Below, in pieces: positions 1 to 11,289 of a stretch of 64,000 bases of DNA; position 1 is the first letter of the stretch, and each line of letters opens with the position of its first letter. The stretch spans positions 1-64,000 of the forward strand of contig JAUCBJ010004959.1 in assembly GCA_032718475.1 (NCBI GenBank), read 5' to 3'. The notes under the pieces were generated by a model. It searched no databases. It was not told where the DNA came from and worked only from the letters and a program-made list of their open reading frames with translations. This DNA comes from Nemertoderma westbladi. Lineage: Eukaryota > Animalia > Xenacoelomorpha. Both the position numbers and the translations under genes were made by a program.

Positions 1-241
1 GATATTTTTCACAATTACCGGGAGTTCGGTCAGATGGCACTTGTAAATGGCATGACGTTGCAGGGTTTGAGTTTGGTGATGAGACCAGGGGTCTTGTCTT
101 TCTATTCTATGGTGAGAGACTCAGTAATTGACTTTCAGACATCCTTGTTGTTGCTCGAAATTTCGAACACCACTTAGTATAAATGCGAGATTATACTTTT
201 TGAAGAAATATTAGTTACATTTCTCAAGTGATAATATCCAT

Positions 242-2197
242 GGGTTGTTCTCACAAAAAGTGGCCAAAATTTTGAGAAAAAATTGTCAAATTTTTTTTTG
301 TCAAAACCATATAAATATATACATATTTCGAGAGCACTCGATGAGGCGATTTCGAATACACTAGTGGGCCGTTTATTTAGTAAAGTCGTAAGGTTTTATT
401 CGCGAAAAACTAATGTCCACAATGTAACATTTTGTCCCTGGTGTAACGCTACTTGTTAGCCAATCAGCAGCCTTCATTTCACAAAACGCCCACAATCTAA
501 CTCGTTGTCTCGAATGTAACGCTACTTGTTAGCCAATCAGTATCCAGGATTTGACATTTAAAATATATACCAGAAATTCAACAGTCACTTTAATGTCATG
601 TACGGATTTATTTTATATTTATACGGGTTTTTTACGGATTTATTTATCGACCCAATGGCTGAAAATAATATTTTTCAAATCAGCAAATTATTTAGTTTGT
701 ATTATTGTATACATACAATATGAATATACATACTATTGTAACAATAATTGTACAAAATAGTTAATGGAATCCTTAAAACCATCACTAAAGTATTCTCTAA
801 GTCCTTCACGTGTAACTAAGTCCTTCACGTGTAACGCCATCACTAACTTAATCTCTACGTACTTCACGTGTAACGCCATCACTAACTTAATCTCTAAGTC
901 CTTCACGTGTAACACCATCCCATCACTAACGTAATCTCTAAGTCCTTCGCGTGTAACTAAGTCCTTCACGTGTAACGCCATCACTAACTTAATCTCTAAG
1001 TCCTTCACGTGTAACGCCATCACTAACTTAATCTCTAAGTCCTTCACGTGTAACGCCATCACTAACTTAATCTCTATGTCCTTCACGTGTAACACCATCA
1101 CTATAAATTCAATCGAGAAGTTCTTACCGGACACAACACGCTTAATTCCGTTTGACAATTGTAATTGCATGACGATTAAGAAGTACTGTTTTAGAACCGA
1201 AATAAAGAAACGTAAACAAACTCATGAGACTACTACAGTAGTTTATACTAAATACTGAAAACCAGAAACCATCGACTATTGTTAATTTGACCCTGACTGC
1301 CTAATTTGTAAAAAGAAACGCCACTCGTACTGCTAGGTATGTTCAGGCCCAACTACGTTACATGATGGACATGTCTCAAGTGTAACGCTATTGATTGTGA
1401 CAGCGTTACATGCGTTACATGATGGACATTGAAGACATTTTTCATTAGCATGGCGTTGACTATAGTCTGTTTTGAAACTATATTAAAATCAAATATGTGA
1501 TTCGATAGATCTGCGATTGCTCTTTCATATGAGCCCTCAATGGTGTCGATGTGATTAGTAAAGCAAAAGTTATCGCTATTCAAAGTAGCGTTACATTGAG
1601 GACATTCCTAATGACGGTATTTTATGTAGATTTACGTTTTCGCACAACGCTCGAGTTCTAATGAACGAATTCTTATAATTTTTTTACCTGCTGATAGCTA
1701 AATAAATCGCCGTTTAGAAATATCTCACTTGGAGATGTTGTGAATAAATATAAAAAAAACATGTCATAAAAACGAGCGTTACATGGTGGACAAAATCCTA
1801 GTGACGGCGTAATTAATTGTTAGTAAATAGTAAATATATAAAATGTGAGTAGCTTCGGTTGAAAACCACCAATAGTATGTGAAAGCATTAAATTTGCTTT
1901 ATTTTGATGTATGGTATGTGGAACCTTTGCTTTCATAGCTTTAGCTCAGAAGCCAAATACTTAAAAATAATTCAATGTGACATTTCAAAAAACATGCATT
2001 TTCGATATTTGAAATGGTGTCATTCTCTAGGTTGTGAATGGAATCTGTTGAAAATTTGCTGTAATATGAGCAGATTTCCGCTCTTCCGATTGGTATATAG
2101 GTTCATGGGGTTAAATCTGTGTCGTTTGGAAATATAACCGTGCGAATGCATGGACATTTTGACATAAAAGTTTGGCCACTTTTTGTGAGAACGACCC
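242..2197. mobile_element. Non-autonomous TIR DNA transposon (Sola2-like: GGG termini, 4-bp TSD) in an ankyrin intron
   Basis: Left GGGTTGTTCTCACAAAAAGTGGCCAAA (242) and right TTTGGCCACTTTTTGTGAGAACGACCC (2171-2197) form a 27-bp TIR with 1 mismatch. Direct repeat CCAT at 238-241 and 2198-2201. A subterminal motif TGTC(N)nTGTAAC is repeated forward on the left and inverted on the right. Confidence 0.8.
779..1103. repeat. 39-bp minisatellite (AAGTCCTTCACGTGTAACGCCATCACTAACTTAATCTCT) inside the TIR element
   Basis: About 8 units, some shortened, directly visible. Explains the repetitive minus-strand ORF 733..1170. Confidence 0.9.
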
Positions 2198-2342
2198 CCA
2201 TGCTCACATACTTCACTTCATTTATGTAATTTTTGCTGAACACCTGCCTAGATTGTCATCCCGTCCAACTTAATCCCACTGATATCAGCACTTAATATGA
2301 TGTATAATATAACAGTAATGTATTTCGCTTGGTTTTCCGCAG

Positions 2343-2921
2343 GTTGAAATTGCGAAAAAATTACTAGATTTCGGAGTCGATGTTGACATCAGAACGAACC
2401 GGGGCTTTACTTCGCTCCATCTAGCGTCGCTAGGCGGTAACGTCGAAGTCATGAAGTTACTACTGGAGCGGGATGCTGGGGTGGACGCGACAGCGAAGAA
2501 CGGGCTGCGTCCGCTGCACACGGCGGCCCAGGAGGACCAAGTCGGCGCGTGCGAGACATTACTGGATGCGGGGGCCACCATCGACGCGCGAACCAACGCC
2601 GGCTACACGCCGCTGCACGTAGCCTCGCACTTCGGTAAGCGGCAGGCCGCCGAGTTCCTGCTGCGTCGCGGGGCCAATCCCAATGCAGTTGCTGCGAGCA
2701 ACGGGTACACGCCGCTCCACTTGGCGGCGCAACACGGCCATCTCCCATTGATAGAGACTCTCCTCGCGCACGGGGCCGACCCCAATGTCAGTGCAAACAC
2801 ACCCGGAGTCACGCCCCTAGCGTTGGCCACCAGGTTCGGTTACGTTTCGGTTATTGATACGCTCAAGGTCGTCACGACAACGGACGTCGAGTGGACGTTG
2901 GTTTCAAAACTGAAACTACAG
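2343..2921 (+). CDS. Ank: Ankyrin, internal exon encoding the last ~5-6 ANK repeats of the membrane-binding domain (upstream exons lie outside the window)
   Basis: Acceptor ttttccgcAG|GTT at 2342/2343 and donor CAG|GTTTGT at 2921/2922, both phase 0. Translation VEIAKKLLDFG...GYTPLHVASHFG...GYTPLHLAAQHGH...LALATRFGYVSVIDTLKVVT matches the final repeats of canonical ankyrins (ANK2-type ...RLGYISVVDTLKVVT). Confidence 0.92.
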
Positions 2922-3020
2922 GTTTGTAACTTTCTATCACTTTCGTAAATCTGTCTAGTATACCGTATATATGACAGAGACACATTATTATTTCATTCAT
3001 AATATTAATAAGTATATAGC

Positions 3021-3333
3021 TGTGGGGCGAGCCACGAAGTGAGCGAAGCCTTAGCATATGGGTGCCATTGGCGAGATGTCTGTCTTCGTCGTCGTCGTAA
3101 ATTTTTGATCGCTAATAACTCGGTTATTCCTCGATGAAATTAAAGAAACTTGGTATGTATGTAGTCCGTCAAAAGTTTAGAAAGAATCTGAACTTTGGTC
3201 AAAAACGAACGAGCGCAACGAAGCACAAGAGGAGGACGAGTATTGTGTTGAAGACGGCAGACAACTCGTTAATGGTGCCCATATGCTAAAGGCTTTGCTC
3301 ACTTCGTGCTGCGCGAAGGCCAAACAAACATGT
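3021..3333 (+). mobile_element. Helentron-associated (HINE/DINE-like) non-autonomous element, short copy
   Basis: 5' TGTGGGGCGAGCCACGAAGTGAGCGAAGCCTTAGC, then a (GTC)n microsatellite and AAACTTGGT block, 3' GTGCTGCGCGAAGGCC. The same ends recur at 33163-35388 and 50499-51093. Confidence 0.6.
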
Positions 3334-3469
3334 ATTCACCTACGCCATACATACTGGTGAAGCTCTTATCGCTACCAGTACTAATTTATATTCAACGAAA
3401 CTGAAAGTTTCGCGGATTTTTAGTTATGGGACATGCAACGAATTGTATAAGACTTTGTATACCATTTAG

Positions 3470-3860
3470 TACAGAAGACTTTGAAGGGACTTTAAGTTAA
3501 CTTTGAAAGTCCTCAGGAAATATCTGATCATAGGAGTATAAGCTCAAAGGATGCTATGCCTGAGCATGTAGACGACTTATGTTACCTGGGATCATGGATC
3601 CGGAAGTCAGGTGAGGATCTTGGAATATGTAATGGAAAGGCATGGACAGCCTTGAATAGGCTTTCCAGGATTTGTAAGTCGCACAGAATACATCGGAAAC
3701 TTAAGGTCCAATTATTTAGAGCAGCAGTAGTTACAATACTCCTATATGGGAAAAAAATTAAAATAAATTTATTTGGGAGTCCATGCTGGGCTCTAACTAC
3801 GGAGGACAGCAAATCTCTGGATGGCATATTCACAAGAATGCTACGCCGGGATCACTGTGT
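3470..3860 (+). mobile_element. Degenerate RTE-clade LINE fragment (RT C-terminal region) in the ankyrin intron
   Basis: ORF 3556: HVDDLCYLGSWI...KAWTALNRLSRI..LKVQLFRAAVVTILLYG..CWALT is typical of the RTE post-RT region. Related copies at ~12260, ~36200 and ~41720-42500. Confidence 0.8.
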
Positions 3861-4248
3861 CAAGTACAATGTGAAGTACAATGTACAATTTGGAGAGATA
3901 TGAGATATTAATTTCAAGAAAAATTACGCGATTCCTAAATAAGTACAATGCACACATCTCCAATCGGACACTATATTACATTGGAGGTGTCTCATTGGTT
4001 CCCCTAAGCTTGACACTAGTAGTTTAATTTCATTTAATGAAATTAAATTTTGACTTCTTGCAGTTGTTGTGTCATAGCCTTCTAAACACGGTTTTGAAAG
4101 CCATTTGTTGTAAATATTCCACACAAAGCAGCAGCTTGGTCTACGTGATCAGGTATTCCTTGCCTTAATGAGCCTAAAAAATTTCCAATTCATATTCCAC
4201 TCTTAATGTATTCCTTTTAACTTAATCTATTTATAATTATTTTTCCAG

Positions 4249-7200
4249 GTTCCCGAGGTTGTAGAAGAAGATGAGTTGATACAGGAAGATGAGACAGATG
4301 TTGTCCATCATGCGGCGCCCCCCGAGGTCTCTACTGAGGAGATAAAGACGATGGGCGATGACTCACTCCCGCTGATTCGCGTAGCCGAGGTCCCGACATT
4401 GGCACTCCCACCACCGATGGAACGCGGTTCCAGACCTCGTTCCTCAACCGACTCGTTCCGCTCCTACGAGCAGTTCCTCACGGACTCTCGTCCAGACAGC
4501 GGGACCAGCGACCTATCCAGGGTGTCTGGGACCTCTCGACTGTCCGCGAGTTACTATGGGGACGTTTTCTTTAACATTGACGATGGCGCGACGAGGGCTT
4601 TGTATTCGTCCGGGAGCACCGGAAGCGATAATGTTTACCAGTCGGGTTCATTGCGCGCCGGAGGTTTCCTTATAAGTTTTATGGTTGACGCGCGAGGTGG
4701 TACAATGTGTAGCGCGCGGCAATGCGGTGTGCGCATTGCGGTGCCCACAGGACGAGCCGCGGCACCAACTAGGGTGACCTGCCGTTACGTAAAGCGGCAC
4801 AGACTCCCGGTTCCCCCGCCGCTAATGGAAGGAGAGGGTCTTGCCGCTCGGGTAATCGAGATGGCCCCCGCAGGGATGGCCTTATTGGGGCCCGTCTCGC
4901 TGCAGGTGCCTCACTTTGCGTCGCTGCGAGGTCGCGAGCGCGAGATCGTGGTGCTGCGATCCAACGACGGCTCCCAGTGGGTCGAACACTTCTCGCACTG
5001 TACCCGGGAGGAGATCTTAGAGACAATTCGTTTCTCTGATGATAATGAGATTGCAGACAATGAGAGGAGTGGCGACAACCAGTCGACGAGAGTTACTCGA
5101 ATCATCACTAAGAGTTTCCCGATGTATTTTGCATTGGTGTCGCGAATTCGTCAAGAAACTAAAATAATCGACGAGGAGGGAGGTGTTATATCATCGACTG
5201 TCGTCCCGAAGATATTAGTTTCGATTCCTGAAGGAACATTGAAGAAGGAGATAACAGTAGGGCTGCAAGTCCAGCCAGTTTGCGATGACCTCGTAAAGAA
5301 AGCCGTCAACGACGCAGTGAGGTCACAGTTGGCGTTTAGCCCTGTAGTAACGGTTGAGCCCAGACGTCGCCGCTTCCATAAGCGCGTCACCGTTACCATA
5401 CCAACACCAAAGTGGTTTGACCCGAGTAACCCAAAGTCGTTGCGACTTGTTTCCAGTATTGCTGGTGGCACCTCGGCCTCACATTGGGAAGACATCACCG
5501 ATAGAAATCCGTTATCCTTCGTTCCAGACGGGTCCACGGTTTCGTTCGAGACCAATCTATCGGCCCGATTCTGGTTGGTCAACCAGCCCGGCGATGGGGT
5601 CTTCGACGCCGCCGGGTTCGCTCATCTCGTCCACAAGGAGTTGGTCCCGGTGCCCTACATGGCCAAGTTTGTGGTCTTCGCGAAACGTCACGACCCGCAC
5701 GAGGCCAGGATGCGCGTGTTTTGTGTGACCGACGACAAGGTGGATAAAACGTTGGAGCGGCAGGAACATTTCGAGGAGATCGCGAGAAGTCGTGACGTCG
5801 AAGTTCTAGAAGGTAAACCGCAGTTTATCGAATGTACCGGAAATCTCGTCCCGGTTCTTAAATCCGGGGAGCTTCTTCGGTTGAATTTCTTCGCATTTCG
5901 GGAGAATCGTTTGGCATTCTTCCTTCGCGTTCGGGACATGGAGACAGATGCAGCGGGACGGTTGGGTTTCTTCCGGGAGTCGAGAAGTTCTGCGTTGCGT
6001 CGCCAGGAGACCCCAGTGCCGGTGTGCAGCCTCAACGTGACGCTCCCTGAGCATGACGGCTCCCAACCGATCGGACCGCTGGTCGTCAACTTTGCATCAT
6101 TGGATCTCCGACGACGGCGAGCTTCGCTCAACGAGATGGGTCTGAGTCCGAACTCGTCGTACGAGCGGGCGCAGTTCCGGTTGCAGGGCATCGCGGAACA
6201 CCTTGGCGTCGATTGGAAGCCGTTGGCGATGCGTTTAGGGTTGGGGAGGGAGTTGGTGGAGAATCTAGAGAACCAGTACGGGAAGGAGCACGCAGCGGCT
6301 GCTTACGCTATGCTGCACTACTGGGCCGAGAGAGAGGGAGTGGAGGCGACTGGTAAGCGTTTGGGTGACTCCCTCACCGCCATAGGACGGGACGATATCA
6401 ACGCTGTCTGTATGGGACGGGTGTTCAAGTTTAGGAAGACGGTTATAGATGATATCACTTACGAGACAATAGAGAGAGATGCAAGGGGGCGAGCATCGAT
6501 GGCAATGATGGCTCCACCTAGAGTAGTTGCGAGACCAGAGTCGACCTCCACAAGACCAGATTCGACCTCCACAAGACCAGATTCGACCTCAAGAAGACCA
6601 GAGTCGACCTCCACTAGACCAGAGTCGACCTCCACTAGACCAGAGTCGACCTCCACAAGACCAGAGTCGACCTCCACAAGACCAGAGTCGACCTCCACAA
6701 GATCAGAGTCGACATCCGCTAGAATAGAGTCGAGATCCACACGATCTCAATATTCCAACACAAGAACAGAATCTTCCTCAATTAAAATAGATTCTACCTC
6801 AGTAAACACGGCACCACCCCAAGTATACGAGGTTGTATCGCAGGTAAAGGAGAATGTGCAACAAGAAAACGAAAATGCGCCACAAGAAAACGAATATGCG
6901 CTACAAGAAAACGAACAAGTGAATGAAATTGCACCACAAGTGAGTTCCATTAATATGAAATTAAACACGGCACCAACAGAGCAACTAAATATCTCTGTCG
7001 TGGGTGGTTTACCTCCAGATCCACCAAAACGGACGGCCTCCTTGTCTCCTGCGTACATCGACATTGGGAGACTAGTGTTATACGACGAACCCAGCGTCCC
7101 CCTGCGAGTCAGCGAGGAACCCAGCGCCCCCCAGCAGGTCGGAGAGGAACTGTTTACCGAGTCGCGCCCCCAACGCGCCATCACCGCTCCCCAGCTGTCC

Positions 7201-7776
7201 CTCGACGACGAACCCTTTGTGGACGACGTGGACTCTGCCGCCGCGGTGGACTGGTCCTTCTGGTGTCCGCCGGCTCCCGGCTCCTCCGCCAGCTCCGACG
7301 ACGAGGCCTTCCGGAGAGCTGTGGAACCTCTGGACAACGTCGAAGAAGATTGCGCGTTTGTGACGTCAGTACGCGCTGCCCCCGTCGCCATGCAACAACG
7401 CGTCGCCATGGAGACTGTGGAGCACACTAAGCGGAAGATAACCCGGGTGATACTCGTCGATAAGGAAGGGTTGAAGCGAGAGATTGTGTTGGAAGATGGG
7501 AAGGTTGCGGACGATATCAGCGAGGAAGACCGAGAGTTGGTGAGCCGAGCGATGAACCCCGGAGGTGACGAGGATAGTGACGTCACTACAACGCGAAGGA
7601 TCGTGGTCCGTCGGCAGGTGGTGAAGCGAACGGTGATACGTGACGGCGAACCCCCCGAGGAGAGTGTAACCGTGACAACGGACGGGCCTTCGCCCGAGAC
7701 CCTCAGATCCGATCTGCAACAGGTGGTAGACAGCTTTATGGACCCGGTCGGTGGTCATACCGAGTCGGAAGTCTAA
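4249..7776 (+). CDS. Ank: Ankyrin terminal exon, copy 1: linker-ZU5-ZU5-UPA-death domain-C-terminal tail
   Basis: Acceptor ttttccAG|GTTCCCGAG at 4248/4249 is in frame with the previous exon (KLKLQ|VPEVVEE, cf. ankyrin KHKLNVPE). ZU5 motifs GFLISFMVDARGGTM, PPPLMEGEGLAAR, FSPVVTVEPRRRRFHK; UPA PYMAKFVVFAKR..FCVTDDKVDKTLE..ENRL; DD IAEHLGVDWKPLAMRLG. Stop TAA at 7774-7776, AATAAA at 8102 and 8646. Confidence 0.93.
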   Translation, partial: VPEVVEEDELIQEDETDVVHHAAPPEVSTEEIKTMGDDSLPLIRVAEVPTLALPPPMERGSRPRSSTDSFRSYEQFLTDSRPDSGTSDLSRVSGTSRLSASYYGDVFFNIDDGATRALYSSGSTGSDNVYQSGSLRAGGFLISFMVDARGGTMCSARQCGVRIAVPTGRAAAPTRVTCRYVKRHRLPVPPPLMEGEGLAARVIEMAPAGMALLGPVSLQVPHFASLRGREREIVVLRSNDGSQWVEHFSHCTREEILETIRFSDDNEIADNERSGDNQSTRVTRIITKSFPMYFALVSRIRQETKIIDEEGGVISSTVVPKILVSIPEGTLKKEITVGLQVQPVCDDLVKKAVNDAVRSQLAFSPVVTVEPRRRRFHKRVTVTIPTPKWFDPSNPKSLRLVSSIAGGTSASHWEDITDRNPLSFVPDGSTVSFETNLSARFWLVNQPGDGVFDAAGFAHLVHKELVPVPYMAKFVVFAKRHDPHEARMRVFCVTDDKVDKTLERQEHFEEIARSRDVEVLEGKPQFIECTGNLVPVLKSGELLRLNFFAFRENRLAFFLRVRDMETDAAGRLGFFRESRSSALRRQETPVPVCSLNVTLPEHDGSQPIGPLVVNFASLDLRRRRASLNEMGLSPNSSYERAQFRLQGIAEHLGVDWKPLAMRLGLGRELVENLENQYGKEHAAAAYAMLHYWAEREGVEATGKRLGDSLTAIGRDDINAVCMGRVFKFRKTVIDDITYETIERDARGRASMAMMAPPRVVARPESTSTRPDSTSTRPDSTSRRPESTSTRPESTSTRPESTSTRPESTSTRPESTSTRSESTSARIESRSTRSQYSNTRTESSSIKIDSTSVNTAPPQVYEVVSQVKENVQQENENAPQENEYALQENEQVNEIAPQVSSINMKLNTAPTEQLNISVVGGLPPDPPKRTASLSPAYIDIGRLVLYDEPSVPLRVSEEPSAPQQVGEELFTESRPQRAITAPQLSLDDEPFVDDVDSAAAVDWSFWCPPAPGSSASSDDEAFRRAVEPLDNVEEDCAFVTSVRAAPVAMQQRVAMETVEHTKRKITRVILVDKEGLKREIVLEDGKVADDISEEDRELVSRAMNPGGDEDSDVTTTRRIVVRRQVVKRTVIRDGEPPEESVTVTTDGPSPETLRSDLQQVVDSFMDPVGGHTESEV
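6532..6720 (+). repeat. Coding 21-bp VNTR (RPESTST), 9 core units in copy 1
   Basis: AGACCAGAGTCGACCTCCAC(A/T) tandem units just after the death domain. Confidence 0.95.
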
Positions 7777-8890
7777 CTATTTAATAGTTTCATTATTTTA
7801 GCTACTATAAATTATTACTATTTAAATTCGTGTTTTAAATAGCGGCTCATCAGTTTATTGCAGTTTTTTTCTAACTACTTAAGGTTTTTAGTTTAGTAAT
7901 TAATGATTAATAATGTGCTTTTTAGAAAATTGATTCTACATATTTTATTTATTTAAATTGTGTAAGTAGAATTTCCAACCTTTATGCATTAAATTGTCGC
8001 AGTGATCACATACAATAATGTTGTGGCCTTGTAGATAGTTTGTTTATCTTACATTAGTTTTTTAGCATTAATATAATTTTCTACCTCGTTAGTTTTTACT
8101 TAATAAATACAACTGGATGAAATATTCGCTATGCCCCCCCCCCCCCCCCCCCCCCCCAAATAGATTAATTTTAAATAGTGCTATTAAATTTGCCTTCTAT
8201 ATCACTTCCTCAACTACAATTTTAATATTTTACTTAATTTCTTCACTTTCAATGCCTTATAATGTACAGGTAATGCCGATTAATGGCGTATCAATTTAGT
8301 GCAGTTTTATTATCAATATATATATTTTTTAGTTTGTAGGAATGGGTTGATTTATATATATATATATTCTGTGCATGAGCTACTTAAATATATAGAATAT
8401 TTAATTTTTTTCTAATACTTTATAAATATTTTGTTATACTCTATTCTAGTTTATAGTATTTGTTTTTAAATATTATATTAGTGATAACTTTATGCAATTT
8501 TTCTTAGATATTCATATTCAGCAATTATTTATTTACTTACAATATTTAGCATGAGTTCTATTATTGGCGCAATATTTGCAATTAATTAAGAATTTTAATT
8601 AGCATAGTCAATTAATTGAATTGTATTATAATTTCGATTTTGCTTAATAAAACTGGTCGCTTTCTATTAATATAATGGTATGATTCTCATTTATTCCGCT
8701 TCTCGCGTAAAGGAAAAAAAACAAAGAAACACGTTAGTGGGTAAGGGTCGGGTACCATTATTTCAACTGCTGCCTACTCGCCCTCTAGCGAGAGACTAGA
8801 GAACTGCTGCGTTCCACGGCGCAAATCCTGTTTCAATCTTTAGACAGTCTACATCTGTACAATTATACGTTATTAGCCTTCAAATATTTG

Positions 8891-10086
8891 TGTAAAAGCT
8901 TTTGCGGATATACTCAGTCCCCCTCGCCCGCAAGGTACCGTTATAGGTGTTTTAACGGACATAAAAGTCATTCTTCGATATGTGTGCTTTGGTGGACATG
9001 GTAAGGCAAAAAACCCGCAATGCTTAAAATACCCTTGCACAGCTTAGCCTTGATGATTCAGATTACGACATCTAACAGCTGGTTGCTGACATGGAAACGG
9101 CCATTGGACACATGGTTCTTTGTTTAGCTTAACAGTCAATCAGAGCGATTTTTTCTGTCGATGTGGAGCTTTTTGGCAGATCATGCTAGGAGTGTTCAGT
9201 CTTACTGTTTTTTCTTGATACTGTTGTTTGTTTCTATCTAGGCCAGGAACACCGGCTCTAGAGTCAATTCGTTTCAGACTTTAGAAGAAACATTAGTAGG
9301 CTTAAGATTATAGAGCGTATAACTGTTATCAGTTCATATCAGTTCATATCATAACATATCAATCTTGTCATATCATATCTTAACCTACCGTCTTAATGCT
9401 TTTTACTGTTGTCATATTTTGTATCAGTTGGTTGAATATTATTTGGAGAACATTTATAAAGAACCCAAATTTCCCAATTTTCTTGATACACTACAGGTTA
9501 GAGAGACAGGTTACATATAGCGATTGCGACTTATATTATTGTGGTTTGTAGTGAATTTAATGCTATTTGATAAGCACTACATGAGTCAGTTGCTGTTCTC
9601 TTTATATATGATAAAATTCATTGACGGTCGGCAAATTAGTGAGCAGTATTGTGTGTTACCGGTAGTGTGCATGATTGTGACTGATAACTAAGCATTTCCT
9701 AAAGAATGCGCCTCATACGTGAATCATAAGCCTTACCGACTTACCGTTGTGATTAGTATAAGTCATATCTCTGTTTACCTAGATAGAGCGCCACGTCCTA
9801 AAGGAACTGTTAATATTTCCCGAAAGTGAATAATATTAGTCAGAAATTATTTATTAACGATCAATCGAATAATACAGTAAGCTTACACTGCAATAATAAT
9901 CTAAGCCCTCAGAATCCAGTCTCCCGGGTATATCCAGCGGGTGAATGGACGCGCACTAGGCTGGCTTCTGCTAATGTTGTGTTTATTGGTATTAAATATT
10001 TGTCAATTTCTAAAGTCTATTTATAAACCAAAAGACATATAAATTTTGGCAGGTTAAACTGCTAAAGGTCTTCAAAAGCGCGTACA
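8891..10086 (-). mobile_element. Solo LTR (1196 bp, TGT...ACA, 5-bp TSD), present only in the copy-1 flank
   Basis: TSD ATTTG at 8886-8890 and 10087-10091. Termini TGTAAAAGCTTTTG / CAAAAGCGCGTACA are an imperfect inverted repeat. The other three flanks show the empty site CAAATATTTGCCTATTTG. The 10086 end matches a PPT-adjacent LTR start at 59189, which gives the orientation. Confidence 0.85.
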
Positions 10087-10801
10087 ATTTGCCTATTTGA
10101 TATCAGGGCTGTTGTAGAAATCCTTGGGAATGGTGGGAGGAGGGTGGGTGGGGAGGTGTCTCTCTGTATTAAAGTGCAACACCAGACCCTGTCACCCCAT
10201 CCGTAGCTCTATAGTTACACTTACATTCATCGAAAGTGTGGGTTATTTCCGTTACAAACTATTAGCAAGACTAGCAATAATACATAATGGCGACAGAACA
10301 AATGGAAATAACATAATTATATTACCATAAATATCATACTTTAATTTTTAATAATTAATAATACACATTTCCGGGTGGGATCCAGGCTCCTCTAATAAGT
10401 GTTGAAGGATTTGAGAGATGAGGTGGATACGTTGTCTTTATAATGACATGGTTCTTAACACTTCATTTGTTGCGAATAAACATAGAAATAAACCCATTCT
10501 TTGAAACTTTTAGAAACTTTCATTTAGTCTGCTTGTTACGATATATCGATATACCGAAACAGCCCATCATACAGTATAAAATAAATTAGATAAGTGTATA
10601 TCAATACGTAATTATAGTATAATTAATTATATAAGGTAATAAAATCTACAAGTTCATTTTATATTCATTTAATTTTATACAGTATGTAGCTTTAAATACG
10701 TATATTTTATAATAAAACCGCAGTGTATTAAATTACGGTGGCAAAAACCTATAAATCAAATATATGAATCTGCCATTATATACTGTAATATCTATTGAAT
10801 C

Positions 10802-11289
10802 CAGAGGCGTAGCGAGGGGGGGTGTTCCCCCGGGCGCACTCACCCAGGGGCGCTGAACCTCCCTCCTCCGAGGAGGGAGGTGAAACTATCTCTGTTTCAA
10901 ATTTCATGCAATCTCATTAAGATTTGTAGAAAAATTTGGGGGAGGGGGGGGGGGGGGGCGTGTACCTGAATAACGACACTATATTCCAGGACATGGTGTA
11001 GCGTCGTATGCTTTATTGTTTCTTTCGGTTTATTATATGTTTTGTGAAAAACAGTGAAGGTTGTATAACGACTCCTATGTATGTGCTCGCCTTGTTTTAT
11101 TGCCCTTAAAAGGTGCCTTATAAATATATTATTACTGTATTATTTTTTCATATTCGTTGAAAAATAAACATATTTTCCTTCATAGTAAAGAACACGTCAT
11201 CGTTGAAACCACGTTCCGTTCACGCCATGAACTAGATAGATAACCAAGTCGCCTGCGAATAATTTAAACTTAGTAAAGCTACGGCTTTG
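10802..11289. mobile_element. Putative short-TIR MITE (CAGAGGCGTAGC...GCTACGGCTTTG), present in every duplicated flank
   Basis: 12-bp imperfect TIR and internal G-runs. No TSD recognised. Confidence 0.4.

Noticed and set aside
733-1170. 145-aa repetitive ORF (LHVKDLEIKLVMA)
   Set aside because: Translation of the 39-bp minisatellite in a non-autonomous transposon.
4276-4278. ORF-track start of a stand-alone 1166-aa protein
   Set aside because: The codon is TTG. The frame extends to a splice acceptor at 4249 and joins the ANK exon, so this is an exon, not a gene start. The same applies to 13072 and to the GTG starts at 11550, 20949 and 26106.
6747-7586. 279-aa antisense ORF and other shadow ORFs repeated in each ankyrin copy
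   Set aside because: Antisense or alternate-frame shadows of GC-rich coding sequence. Their recurrence only reflects the duplication.
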